A stretch of 63,677 nt of DNA, filler included, from Octopus bimaculoides (GCF_001194135.2; 5 parts of 4 records of this genome joined end to end with filler, not necessarily neighbours in it), one strand, 5' to 3'; positions 37,363-50,564 are shown, numbered from the whole stretch's first letter. Notes: generated by a model from the sequence alone, not told the origin. A program made the numbers and translations.

Positions 37363-38709
37363 TGATAGATAGATAGATGGATAGGCTGAGGGAATGACAG
37401 ATATATAGATAACAGACAAACAGATGAATAAATGAAGCAACAGGAATGAGTAGATGGAAAGGAAAATGTAAATATATAGTTAGACCGAGACATTATCAGA
37501 GTAAAAAAAAAAAAAAGGAAAAGGCAAGAATGACTCGTTAATGTTTTCAAATGGCAACAAATGGCATGCAGGGGACAATGTAGGTAGGGGACAGTGTGTG
37601 GGACAGTCTCCTTTTTTAACTTCACCCACGCATTGACCTTCTGAGTATGAGCTCGTCACTTTATANNNNNNNNNNNNNNNNNNNNNNNNNNNNNNNNNNN
37701 NNNNNNNNNNNNNNNNNNNNNNNNNNNNNNNNNNNNNNNNNNNNNNNNNNNNNNNNNNNNNNNNNNNNNNNNNNNNNNNNNNNNNNNNNNNNNNNNNNNN
37801 NNNNNNNNNNNNNNNNNNNNNNNNNNNNNNNNNNNNNNNNNNNNNNNNNNNNNNNNNNNNNNNNNNNNNNNNNNNNNNNNNNNNNNNNNNNNNNNNNNNN
37901 NNNNNNNNNNNNNNNNNNNNNNNNNNNNNNNNNNNNNNNNNNNNNNNNNNNNNNNNNNNNNNNNNNNNNNNNNNNNNNNNNNNNNNNNNNNNNNNNNNNN
38001 NNNNNNNNNNNNNNNNNNNNNNNNNNNNNNNNNNNNNNNNNNNNNNNNNNNNNNNNNNNNNNNNNNNNNNNNNNNNNNNNNNNNNNNNNNNNNNNNNNNN
38101 NNNNNNNNNNNNNNNNNNNNNNNNNNNNNNNNNNNNNNTATATATGTATACGCACATACATATCTAAATACTCATACACGCACACAGGCGCAAACGTGTA
38201 CAATTTTAGAAAGGTGGCAGGTGCTCGCTCGTGGATGACGCCTGCTGTCACCCCGATTTAGCTTTACCATCATCGTCAATCTCCTAGGGAAGTAAACAGA
38301 CATATACTTACTATAAGAATGCAGAATGTTGTCAGATAGAAATTCTAATGTATTCCGGTTTGCTTAGTGTCTTTGGAGACTTACAATATCACACTGTGAG
38401 TCTTTATAAAGTCTCTTTATACTTAGATATAGCTAAGGAACTGCGATGAAAAAGGAATAAACAATTGTCTTATGAACTTCATTAGCTTACAGCTGTTTCT
38501 TCTGTAAGATGCAGTGGATGCATAGCTGAGTGCTTGAGTAACACTTCATATTTGAGGGCCTATGAAGCTATAAGATGTTATTCAGGCACTCAACTAAGAG
38601 TCACACTGCATCTTATAGTAGAAAGAGCTCTAAGCTAATAAGACAACCATTTGTTCCTTTGTCATCGCATTTTCTGACAACTGCTCTGTACTCTACTAAC
38701 GCTTCATTC

Positions 38710-39398
38710 TGAAGCATATGTATATTCTTTTCTACTCTAGGCACAAGGCCCGAAATTTGGGGGAGAGAGGGCCAGTCGATAAAATCGAGCCCCGTACGCA
38801 ACTGGTACTTAATTTATCGACTCCGAAAGGATGAAAGACAAAGTCGACCTCGATGGAATTTGAATTCACAACGTAAAGACAGACGAAATATCGCTAAGTA
38901 TTTCGCCCGGCGTGCTAACGTTTCTGCCAGCTCGCCGCCTTGAAGCATATGTATATTCTTTTCTACTCTAGGTACAATGCCCTAGATTTTTGGGGAGGAG
39001 GCCAGTCGATTCGATCGACCCCAGTACGCAACTGGTACTTAATTTATCGACCCCGAAAGGATGAAAGTCGACCTCGGCAGAATTTGAACTCAGAACGTTA
39101 AGATAGACGAAATACCGCTAAGTATTTCGCCCAGCGTGCAAACATTTCTTATTTCTTTATTGCCCATAAGGGACTAAACATAGAGGGGACAAACAAGGGC
39201 AGACAAAGGGGTTAAGTCGATTATATCGACCCCAGTGTGTAACTGGTACTTAATTTATCGACCCTGAAAGGATGAAAGGTAAAGTCGACCTCGGCGGAAT
39301 TTGAACTCAGAACATAACGGCAGAAGAAATACTGTTAAGCATTTCGCCCGGCGTGCTAACGTTTCTGCCAGCTCGTCGCCTTGAAGCACATGCATATT
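38710..39398 (-). mobile_element. Three stacked SINEs (A 38726-38940; head-truncated A 38957-39143; B 39148-39381)
   Basis: CpG-intact copies; TGAAGCA(T/C)ATG(T/C)ATATT occurs at 38710, 38941 and 39382. Confidence 0.9.
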
Positions 39399-39574
39399 AA
39401 GTTCTAGACCAGGTAATTAGCCTCGTAACGCCTAAGCGAAATATTAAAACATAAACGTATCTATAAGCACGAATAGTATAATTTAAAAAAATTATTTTTC
39501 TGCATTGTTTCTTCCTAATATGTATCAACACGTCGTGTTCCATCCTACGAAAGGAATCCTATGTATCTTTTAAA

Positions 39575-39760
39575 TCTTTTACTGGTTTCAGTCATTGAAC
39601 TGCAGCCATGCTGGAGCACTGTTTTGAAGGGTTTAATCGAACAAATCAATCTCACTACTTATTTTTCGGTCAGGTACATGCCGCATCTGGTGGTATATGA
39701 GAGGCACTTTTGTTTTACAGAATCCGTCGCAAAAATTCAGCCTGGGTTCTCTATGCGATT
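39575..39760 (-). mobile_element. SINE family C 3' part
   Basis: TTTCAGTCATTGAACTGCAGCCATGCTGGAGCACTG..TTGAAGG. Confidence 0.7.
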
Positions 39761-40049
39761 TTGCTTTAAGTGGTACATACTTTAATGCACCAGAAAAAAT
39801 TTTTTTTCCTGTATATACTCTGCTGAATTGGGGTGCGATAAATATACCCGTTTGTTTTTTATGCCTTTACATACGGTATTCTCTCGGCCTGTTTGCCGAG
39901 CCACTAGATCACGTGGATGTAAGCAAACCAACACTAGGCGTAAAGTTGTGGGGACGGGCAGGGCAAATACAAATACAAGGACACATGCACATAAACACAC
40001 AAACATACATGTGTGTGTGGCTAAGATTAAGGTCTTATAACTACTCTTA

Positions 40050-40084
<35 letters not shown>

Positions 40085-41019
40085 NNNNNNNNNNNNNNNN
40101 NNNNNNNNNNNNNNNNNNNNNNNNNNNNNNNNNNNNNNNNNNNNNNNNNNNNNNNNNNNNNNNNNNNNNNNNNNNNNNNNNNNNNNNNNNNNNNNNNNNN
40201 NNNNNNNNNNNNNNNNNNNNNNNNNNNNNNNNNNNNNNNNNNNNNNNNNNNNNNNNNNNNNNNNNNNNNNNNNNNNNNNNNNNNNNNNNNNNNNNNNNNN
40301 NNNNNNNNNNNNNNNNNNNNNNNNNNNNNNNNNNNNNNNNNNNNNNNNNNNNNNNNNNNNNNNNNNNNNNNNNNNNNNNNNNNNNNNNNNNNNNNNNNNN
40401 NNNNNNNNNNNNNNNNNNNNNNNNNNNNNNNNNNNNNNNNNNNNNNNNNNNNNNNNNNNNNNNNNNNNNNNNNNNNNNNNNNNNNNNNNNNNNNNNNNNN
40501 NNNNNNNNNNNNNNNNNNNNNNNNNNNNNNNNNNNNNNNNNNNNNNNNNNNNNNNNNNNNNNNNNNNNNNNNNNNNNNNNNNNNNNNNNNNNNNNNNNNN
40601 NNNNNNNNNNNNNNNNNNNNNNNNNNNNNNNNNNNNNNNNNNNNNNNNNNNNNNNNNNNNNNNNNNNNNNNNNNNNNNNNNNNNNNNNNNNNNNNNNNNN
40701 NNNNNNNNNNNNNNNNNNNNNNNNNNNNNNNNNNNNNNNNNNNNNNNNNNNNNNNNNNNNNNNNNNNNNNNNNNNNNNNNNNNNNNNNNNNNNNNNNNNN
40801 NNNNNNNNNNNNNNNNNNNNNNNNNNNNNNNNNNNNNNNNNNNNNNNNNNNNNNNNNNNNNNNNNNNNNNNNNNNNNNNNNNNNNNNNNNNNNNNNNNNN
40901 NNNNNNNNNNNNNNNNNNNNNNNNNNNNNNNNNNNNNNNNNNNNNNNNNNNNNNNNNNNNNNNNNNNNNNNNNNNNNNNNNNNNNNNNNNNNNNNNNNNN
41001 NNNNNNNNNNNNNNNNNNN

Positions 41020-41083
<64 letters not shown>

Positions 41084-42580
41084 CCATACACACACACATA
41101 TCGTGCAGAAGGAAACATGCAAGTTGAAAACGACGTGAACTTGCAATGTGGAGAACGATTACAAGAAAGCACCAAGGCATGATGTTAAACAACTGCCCAA
41201 CCAACAATATCCCCGAGGGCCTGTGTTGTATACCCGAGAATCTGTAGTAAATATGGATGTTCCGATAACGGAAACAGTTATCAAAAAGTTACATATTCGC
41301 AAATAAGCAAGTCATTCCAAAAACGCAACTAGAGAGATACCACACTCAGAATTTTACAGTTAGCATTGAAGACACAAAATACAAGGTCGGCGATTTGATG
41401 AACAAAGAAGCCCCTCTCTCCTTAACCTAAAACCATTTGATCAACAATAGACGAGAGTTGCATGAGGTTGCTTGGATATTGTAACAGTAATGCAATACCC
41501 ACATCTCTGGGCAAAAAGTATCAATACTTTCCTCCATTTTCTTCTAGTGAAAAGTTATTAATACCAAAATATAGAAAATACTTAACCGTATATATCACAC
41601 AATAAATACTTCACTTTAACTACATAATGCTAATATACATCCCTTATTCCATTCACCATCAATCCATTCACCCTTCCCTCCCTCATCAATCCAGCCATAT
41701 GTACATACAACTCTCTCTCTCTCTCACACACACACACACGCACGCATATATGTGTGTGTGTGTGTTATTGTGCATGTCCGTAAATGCGTTGAGTGTGTAT
41801 ACACATACATACATACACACATACATACGAGTGTTTGCATATATATATATATATATGCAAACAATGTGACAAAGATAAAAAGAGATGGGTAGATTGATAG
41901 ATAGATAAATAGAGAAAGAAAGGGTTGAGAGAGGCAGAGAGAATTGGTAGAGACAGACTACTAAATACGAATGTAGAAGGAGAGAGAAAATGAGAGAGTC
42001 AAAGAGAGCATCACAATGAGAGAAAGAGAGAAATCAAAAAGAGAGGATGAAGAAGACACAGCGAGAAAATGTAAGAGTGGCAGTTGGAGGAGAAGGGCAA
42101 TGGCTGCGCAGAATAAGTTAAAATGTTATTCTGATTGCATGCGTAGGTAGTTAGTTCAGGCCAAGCCAGCTTGAATCAGTTGTAACATGACAAATAGATA
42201 TGACATTTAGTCTAATAACTGGAATTCAGCTTGCGATGAGACGAAAACAGTCTCTTTAGCGAACGCTGACGCTTCTCATTCATTGCTTCTTCTAAATTAG
42301 TTGTTTGTATACATTGTTATACGTATGTATGTGTGCATGTATGTATGTATGCATATGTGTATGTATGTTTGTATGGATGTTTGCATGTATGTATTTGTAT
42401 GTATGTTTGTATGCATGTATATGTGTATGTAAGCATGCGTGTATGCATATGTATATATATGTATATATATGTATATATATGTATATATATGGGAGAATAT
42501 ACAAAAAATAACAACAGACGAGGACAGGTGGTGTAAATAACAAAAGTATATATTAGTATGACGCTCGGGAATACGGAAAG

Positions 42581-42617
42581 TCTTTGACGTTTCGAGCTAC
42601 GCTCTTCAACAGAAAGA
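42581..42617 (-). ncRNA. Minimal type I hammerhead-like ribozyme with variant core CUGUUGA
   Basis: Reverse strand TCTTT-CTGTTGA-A-GAGC-GTA-GCTC-GAAAC-GTC-AAAGA: stem I TCTTT/AAAGA, stem II GAGC/GCTC, GAAA, palindromic ACGT stem III, GUC cleavage triplet. Confidence 0.65.
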
Positions 42618-43038
42618 ATACGGAGACAAGNNNNNNNNNNNNNNNNNNNNNNNNNNNNNNNNNNNNNNNNNNNNNNNNNNNNNNNNNNNNNNNNNNNNNN
42701 NNNNNNNNNNNNNNNNNNNNNNNNNNNNNNNNNNNNNNNNNNNNNNNNNNNNNNNNNNNNNNNNNNNNNNNNNNNNNNNNNNNNNNNNNNNNNNNNNNNN
42801 NNNNNNNNNNNNNNNNNNNNNNNNNNNNNNNNNNNNNNNNNNNNNNNNNNNNNNNNNNNNNNNNNNNNNNNNNNNNNNNNNNNNNNNNNNNNNNNNNNNN
42901 NNNNNNNNNNNNNNNNNNNNNNNNNNNNNNNNNNNNNNNNNNNNNNNNNNNNNNNNNNNNNNNNATGCATGGTTAGCGAGATAGATATAATCATATGTAT
43001 ATTTTCAGATGTAGACAAACTGACACTGATATAACCAA

Positions 43039-43092
<54 letters not shown>

Positions 43093-43469
43093 TGCACACA
43101 CACACATGTATATACACCGATGTGCACACACATGTGTATGTATGTATGTATGTATGCATGTATGTATAAAAATGCCAAATTAGCTTGCAAAGTTGAAATT
43201 CATAGAAGTGCATGTATGCACATGTATGCAGTAAAAAAATGAAATATATTATATTTAAGAGGATAGGAACTCTTGTATCGAAAATGTGGGGTAGTTGAGT
43301 CTGGACGGTTTCATCGTAAAACAGCTGACTCACGGCTAACCTGCTAATAAACAGCTATCACAAATGTTTCAGACCAAAAGGAGTACATAGACGCGCGCGT
43401 GTGTGTGAGAAAGAGGGAGGGAGAGAGAGAGAGTGAGAGGAGAGACAGAGATAGCGGTGAGGGAGAGTG

Positions 43470-43818
43470 AAGGTACGAGGTCGACTTATCCTTTCATTCT
43501 TTCGAGGTCGATTAAATAAGTACCAGTTACGCACTGGGTCGATGTAATCGACTTAATCCCTTTGTCTGTCCTTGTTTGTCCCCTCTATGTGTAGCCCCTT
43601 GTGGGCAATAAAGAAATATGATACTTTAGTACGCCAGGAAAAATGCTTAGCGATATTTCGTCTGTCTTTACGTTCTGGGTTGAAATTTCGCCGAGGCCGA
43701 CTTTGCCTTTCATCTTTCAGGGTTGATAAATTATGTACCAGTTGCGTACTGGGGTCGATCTTATCGACTGCCCCCCTCCACCAAAAGTTCGGGCCTTGTG
43801 CCTAGAGTAGAAAAGAAA
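43470..43818 (+). mobile_element. Family B SINE 3' part (43470-43620) followed by a headless family A SINE (43628-43818)
   Basis: B tail ...TTTGTCTGTCCTTGTTTGTCCCCTCTATGTGTAGCCCCTTGTGGGCAATAAAGAAATA; A body and tail follow. Confidence 0.85.
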
Positions 43819-44159
43819 AGGATATTTTTAACACAGCAGGTTAGCACAGGTGTATATATGTGGGTATAATTTTTTTTCTTTAACATACACAAAAAATATC
43901 CACACGCACATACATACATGCATACCTACCGACCTACCTACCTACCTACCTGCCTGCCTGCCTATATACCTACCTACCTACCTACCTGCCTAGCTACCTG
44001 CCTAGCTACCTTCCTGCCTACCTGCCTACTTACCTACATACATACATGCATACCTACCTACCTACCTACCTACCTACATACATACATACATACATACATA
44101 CATACATACGTACATACGTACATACACATACAGATAATCAAGGTCAGATAAGTCTGGAG

Positions 44160-44600
44160 AATGATAACAAAAAAAAAAGAAAACATCTACAGACGAGTTA
44201 AAAGAATATCGGCGGAGCTTAAAAATTAAAACAACCACCAAGTTAAAACATAACCGACCAGACAATGTCATGCGGAACCCCAAGAAAAAGTTATACTCTG
44301 CTGTGGAAATCAGCTGCCCTCAGGGCACCAGTGAAGTTGAAAAAAATCAGGAGAGAGAGAGAGGACATCTATGGACCATGGATAAAGAGTTGGCAAATCT
44401 AGTACCCAAGATATATTTTCAAGTTCATACTTATCATTATTAGAACAACACACCAACCTGCCTGGAGCAAAATATGGATGAACTTGCGTTCTTGGGGAGA
44501 GAACCAAATTCTTAATTTATGCACTACAAACAATCACGATATCTGGGACTATAAAACTCAACTAGATTTTCATAAATTTAAAGGAGGATGAATAAAACAA
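44160..44600 (+). mobile_element. RLE (PD..D/E-type) endonuclease remnant of an R4-like LINE
   Basis: IKTTTKLKHNRPDNVMRNPKKKLYSAVEISCP...DIYGP...YPRYIFKFILIII. Confidence 0.7.
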
Positions 44601-44649
44601 GATAATTTGCTTCAGGTAAACAGTAAAAATGAACCCTAAGTTGATTTAA

Positions 44650-45030
44650 AATTTTGGCACAAAGCCAGCAATTTTATAGGAGCGGATTTTGTCGATTATA
44701 CCGACCCCAGTGCTAAGTCAACCTCGATGGAATTTCAATTCAACGTAAACACGGACAAAATACCCCTAAGCATTTTGCCAGGAATGCTAACGATTCTTAT
44801 TTCTTTACTGTCCACAAGGGGCTACACACAGAGGGGACAAACAAGGACAGACAAAGGGATTAAGTCGATTATATCGACTCCAGTGCATAACTGGTACTTA
44901 TTTAATAGACCCCGAAAGGATGAAAGGCAAAGTCGACCTCGGCGGAATTTGAACTCGGAACGTAGCGGCAGACGAAATACCGCTAAGCATTTTGCGTGCT
45001 GTGCTAACGATTCTGCTATCTCACCGCCTT
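44650..45030 (-). mobile_element. Partial family A SINE nested against a full family B SINE (44785-45030)
   Basis: Same junction ACG(A)TTCTTATTTCTTTA as at 39143-39150. Confidence 0.8.
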
Positions 45031-45395
45031 TAAAAATATCAACTCTAAATTAAAATAGAGAAAGAGAAAATCCATCCATCCATCTATCCATCCATCCATC
45101 CATCCATCCATTCATGATGGCTGCAAACTCATGTTCAAGTTTTGTCATCACCTGATCGAAAGTCCCAAACATGCGTAGGCTACGACCAGCCATTTCTGTG
45201 ATAGGTCTTACCTTTTATCTTTTTTTCAAGCGATACCTGTGCAAGATGATTTCTATTTTTTTATAGTTGGAAAAGGATTTGCACAAATCCAGTCCACTCT
45301 CTGAACATGGACAACACAAACTCGAAAAGAAGAACTAGTCTACATCATCGAATATTGTTAGTGTCGAGGTTTCGTCTTAGAGTTTCCTTCTACAG

Positions 45396-45466
45396 AGATG
45401 TTCTGACAACAACAGAGGAGCCTCCCACTCCCAGTAGACCAACTGCGCGCCTTCGTACTAACCCAG
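45396..45466 (+). CDS. Candidate 71-nt exon encoding a Thr/Pro-rich linker
   Basis: gtttccttctacag acceptor, CAG|gtattt donor; only phase 2 is open: DVLTTTEEPPTPSRPTARLRTNP. Confidence 0.5.
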
Positions 45467-45512
45467 GTATTTACACGCCCCCGCGCACACATGCATATAT
45501 ACACATGTACAC

Positions 45513-45660
45513 ATATTGTTGGATGTCTGTTGATTGCTCATGAGCTCTTCCACCCTTTGGCAGGCCTTATTTTTTCGTTCCGCAGAGTGTCCAACAATCA
45601 CCCTCTTCACTAAGCAAGCTTGATGGGGTTGCCAGTTTAATCGCCGACGACCCGACCATG
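45513..45660 (-). repeat. Dispersed repeat, second copy at 53385-53535 (+)
   Basis: GGTCGGGTCGTCGGCGA.TAAACTGGCAACCCCA.CA.GCTTGCTT.GTGA.GAGGGTG..TGTTGGACAC is shared by both copies. Confidence 0.8.
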
Positions 45661-45706
45661 CATACATACATACTTACATGCATACATACATACATACATA
45701 CATACA

Positions 45707-45740
<34 letters not shown>

Positions 45741-46163
45741 CATACATTGAGCTGATAGATGTGGTAGAACTTGTAGATATCAGTATTAGATTTAGTGTGA
45801 TATCAGGAAAGAAATATGTATAACCACAGAGGCAGCCGCCTTCATAAGTGAACATCTCTTCGAACGTCAACGAGAACAAATATATTTCGTAAACTGCAGC
45901 CCCTCAACTCGGATTATAAATTCTCAGTCATACCTATACTTATTGGTGAACTTGTTTCAGGTAGTAAAAGTCTAAGCCACAATCTAATAAAACTGAAATT
46001 TTTGAAGATTTTCTTTGTTAGAAACCAGGTCCATAATTCTAGGAAATATTGTAATAATAACGAATTGTAATACACACATATACAGAGAGAGAGGGGGGGG
46101 AGATTGATAGACAGACATACATGTATACATACATGCATACAGACAGACAGACAGACGGCTTGT

Positions 46164-46216
<53 letters not shown>

Positions 46217-46319
46217 GGAAATACGGATATATGGAATACATAAGATAGGCGGAAATGTTTTTTCTCATAGGCCTGGACTATTCTGGTTGACCGACGGATA
46301 TGCACCGAAGTCCAACTCA

Positions 46320-47000
46320 CCAGCACCCCGACCACCACCATCATCGTCATGGTCATCGTCAGCAGCAACACCACCCGACAGCCACAAAAGCGAGTCCCAC
46401 CATGTGTTGTGGCAGTGATGATGATGATGATGAAGATGATGATGATGATGATGTCAGAAGCGCTGACGACGACAATGACGATGATATTGTGATAATGATG
46501 GTCGTGAACAGAGTTATTTACATATTAATTAGTTGACAATGATGATAATGATGTCGATGCTGGCAATGAGTATAAAAAAGGTGTATAATATCCATGCTGG
46601 CGATGACGGGGGTTGGATAGATAGCGGTGGTGATGTGGTGGCGGCGGCGGCGACAGCGGTTGTGGTGATGAAGGCGTTGGTGCGGTTGACTGTGGTGGCT
46701 ACCGTAGTGGTGACGGAGGCGGCAGCGGTTGTGGTGGCGATGGTGGTTGCAATTTCTCTTCATCTGACCGCGATCTGTGTTGCTTACTCATCGCTGTGGG
46801 GACGAGGATGAGGAAATGCGTTGAGAGAGAAGCAGTTGTGATAACGGCGGTGTTAAATGGTGACAGAGGGAGTGATGGTAAAAGGTGATAGTGGTGGTAA
46901 ATAATGGTGACTGTAGTGCTGGTGGTGGGAGTGTTGGTGGAGATGGTGGTGGTGGTTGTAGTTTTAGTTGTAATGATGGTGGTGGTGGTAACGGTGATGA
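46320..47000. repeat. GGT/GAT/GGC-rich low-complexity region
   Basis: Degenerate trinucleotide runs; overlapping ORFs in several frames reflect composition only. Confidence 0.8.
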
Positions 47001-47068
47001 GTCTCCAAGATGAAGAATGAAAGTGTGTTTGGATGAAAGAGGGCGGAAAATGATAATCTATAACCGAC

Positions 47069-47132
<64 letters not shown>

Positions 47133-48583
47133 CACACATACACACACACACAGACACACACACATGCATAAGAACACACGCACATATAGGCCCACATGCA
47201 ATTAACTGCAGACATACAGAGGCACAGATACACATGTAATACAAAACTCATACACACCACACACCCACTAACAACCACGAATCCATATACAATCAAACGA
47301 GTACACAACGGACAAACACACACAGAGACATAAACAGAAACACACATTCACGCACATGTAGATACACACACGCAAACAGTTACATACGCATACAGACTGA
47401 GGACGTACACACTCTAGATAGAGACATACACACAGAGACACTATGTCATTCAATCATCCATGCTCACACATACATACCAACACACACACACACTCATACA
47501 CATCAACACGCACACAGACAAAGACAGTGCCCCCTTCATATAAACATATCTTCACCATTCTCCTCTCCCCCTTATCATCCATACTGTGCAATCCCACCAC
47601 AAACAACACCAGCATTCGCCACTTTCCAATCCTTTTTACCCAGAACGTTATCCCACTGGAATTCCCTAACTGACTATATTATTGCAGTAATCATTAGCTA
47701 GCAATTGCTCAGCAACAACAACCTCAACGGGCTCTGATGGTCAATCAAGGTTTTAAACGCAACTCCTTCGTCCAGACCACCAATACAGTTTCAAGGGAAT
47801 TTACAGTGTCTGACCGCTGGTTGTTTTATTCGAACCACGTGATGGATCAGCTGATTAGAATATCTCCTGATTGGTGAGGAGAAAATCATTAGAAGCAGCA
47901 CCACATCCGATGCACTGAATAAGAAGCAGTGACGGCGTTAAGCAGATCTGTCCTGGAAATATGCAATCTGCGGTAGTAAAGTGCAGAAGCAGGGTGTACT
48001 AGAAGGGTATACTGACATGGTGGAGTACGTGGTATAGAAGAGTCCAAACTCTGTTGGTTCCTATTAACGGTTATTCATTCTGGATCGGTGAAACTATATC
48101 ACGATATTCTCCACAAAACCGTAATAAGATGAGGTGTGCATNNNNNNNNNNNNNNNNNNNNNNNNNNNNNNNNNNNNNNNNNNNNNNNNNNNNNNNNNNN
48201 NNNNNNNNNNNNNNNNNNNNNNNNNNNNNNNNNNNNNNNNNNNNNNNNNNNNNNNNNNNNNNNNNNNNNNNNNNNNNNNNNNNNNNNNNNNNNNNNNNNN
48301 NNNNNNNNNNNNNNNNNNNNNNNNNNNNNNNNNNNNNNNNNNNNNNNNNNNNNNNNNNNNNNNNNNNNNNNNNNNNNNNNNNNNNNNNNNNNNNNNNNNN
48401 NNNNNNNNNNNNNNNNNNNNNNNNNNNNNNNNNNNNNNNNNNNNNNNNNNNNNNNNNNNNNNNNNNNNNNNNNNNNNNNNNNNNNNNNNNNNNNNNNNNN
48501 NNNNNNNNNNNNNNNNNNNNNNNNNNNNNNNNNNNNNNNNNNNNNNNNNNNNNNNNNNNNNNNNNNNNNNNNNNNNNNNNNNN

Positions 48584-48915
48584 GAGCGAATTTGGTGAGA
48601 GGATTTGGAAACGAAAAGAAGCCCGTTGTATGTGTGTGTGTGGGAGGATGGTTGTATGTGTGAATGTGCGTGTGTCATTTTGTCTGTGATTTCCCCACCA
48701 CCGATTGACAACCATTGTTGGTTTGTTTACGTTCTTGTAACGCAGTGGTTCGGCAAAACGTAAGCAATAGAATAAGTACCAAGCTTTAAAAACAATCAGT
48801 CCTGGGGGTCAATTCATTCGACTAAAAGATTTTCACCCTTTCGGGGTCGATAAATTAAGTACCAGTGAAACACTGGGGTCGATGTAATCAACTTACCCCT
48901 CCCCCGAAATTGCTC
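48584..48915 (+). mobile_element. Family C SINE fused to a family A 3' half
   Basis: C body up to CGACTAAAAG, then TTTCACCCTTTCGGGGTCGATAAATTAAGTACCAG. Confidence 0.75.
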
Positions 48916-49706
48916 CCTGGCTGAGTATTCCACTCAAAATCAACATGACACAGCGTATAATATGGTTGCAATAACTAGTGAATATCATCTGGTAGGGAAA
49001 TGACTGAAGAATTCTGTAGACACTGGTACTCTTTACTTATATCGTGAAACAATGCTGTATGACTCGAAATGCAACATGCTACATCTTTGAAATGACAAGC
49101 TCAGTGCATATGGAGTACTTCCACGCATCTTTTATCTATGGAAACGCTCTGAAGATACCACGGTAACACGATCGAATCCAAGTTCTGGTAATTGCCAAGT
49201 GAATTTCTTAAAACTTCGGCGACAAATACCTCGAAGCTATGCATCTTCAAACATACACGCACGCGCGCGAGCAAACACATACGCACACATACACGCGTGC
49301 ACATTCACCCATCCACCCACGCATACACAATCATCCAATAACAACAAACTTCTTAAGCAAAAGATTTTCAAAAAGTATAAAGTGCAAAGAAAAAAAAATG
49401 GAAAATTCAGGTGCTATAGACACACCAGGATATAATATACACGCTGAAGTGTAAATATACATACAATGCCATATACATCGAATAAAAGATAATACAGGAA
49501 ACGTTGGAGGGAAATCATATAAAGGCTCGTGCATTGACGTATACAGTTGTGTATAAATCAACACACCTCAAATACTTCTACCCAGACGCACCAACACACA
49601 TTTACCTACCCACCTGTCTATATGCGAACGCGCGCGCACACACACACACACACATACACACATATATATATACACATACATATATATGTATACGTATGTA
49701 TATAGG

Positions 49707-49741
<35 letters not shown>

Positions 49742-50509
49742 ATATATANNNNNNNNNNNNNNNNNNNNNNNNNNNNNNNNNNNNNNNNNNNNNNNNNNNN
49801 NNNNNNNNNNNNNNNNNNNNNNNNNNNNNNNNNNNNNNNNNNNNNNNNNNNNNNNNNNNNNNNNNNNNNNNNNNNNNNNNNNNNNNNNNNNNNNNNNNNN
49901 NNNNNNNNNNNNNNNNNNNNNNNNNNNNNNNNNNNNNNNNNNNNNNNNNNNNNNNNNNNNNNNNNNNNNNNNNNNNNNNNNNNNNNNNNNNNNNNNNNNN
50001 NNNNNNNNNNNNNNNNNNNNNNNNNNNNNNNNNNNNNNNNNNNNNNNNNNNNNNNNNNNNNNNNNNNNNNNNNNNNNNNNNNNNNNNNNNNNNNNNNNNN
50101 NNNNNNNNNNNNNNNNNNNNNNNNNNNNNNNNNNNNNNNNNNNNNNNNNNNNNNNNNNNNNNNNNNNNNNNNNNNNNNNNNNNNNNNNNNNNNNNNNNNN
50201 NNNNNNNNNNNNNNNNNNNNNNNNNNNNNNNNNNNNNNNNNNNNNNNNNNNNNNNNNNNNNNNNNNNNNNNNNNNNNNNNNNNNNNNNNNNNNNNNNNNN
50301 NNNNNNNNNNNNNNNNNNNNNNNNNNNNNNNNNNNAGCGGTAGAAGGAGGAGGTGATGAGGAAAATGAATAGCATAAGAAGGGAAATACGAGATGGGAAT
50401 AAGGAGGAGGAGGGTGAGATTAAGAAAGGGAATGAGAGAGAGGGGCGGGAGAGAAAGAGAGTGAGAGGATGATGGGGAATAGAATAAGTGAAGAAATATG
50501 AGAAGAGAG

Positions 50510-50564
<55 letters not shown>

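Noticed and set aside
46533-46811. Hydrophobic transmembrane-like ORF
   Set aside because: Val/Ala richness is explained by GTG/GCG low-complexity repeats.
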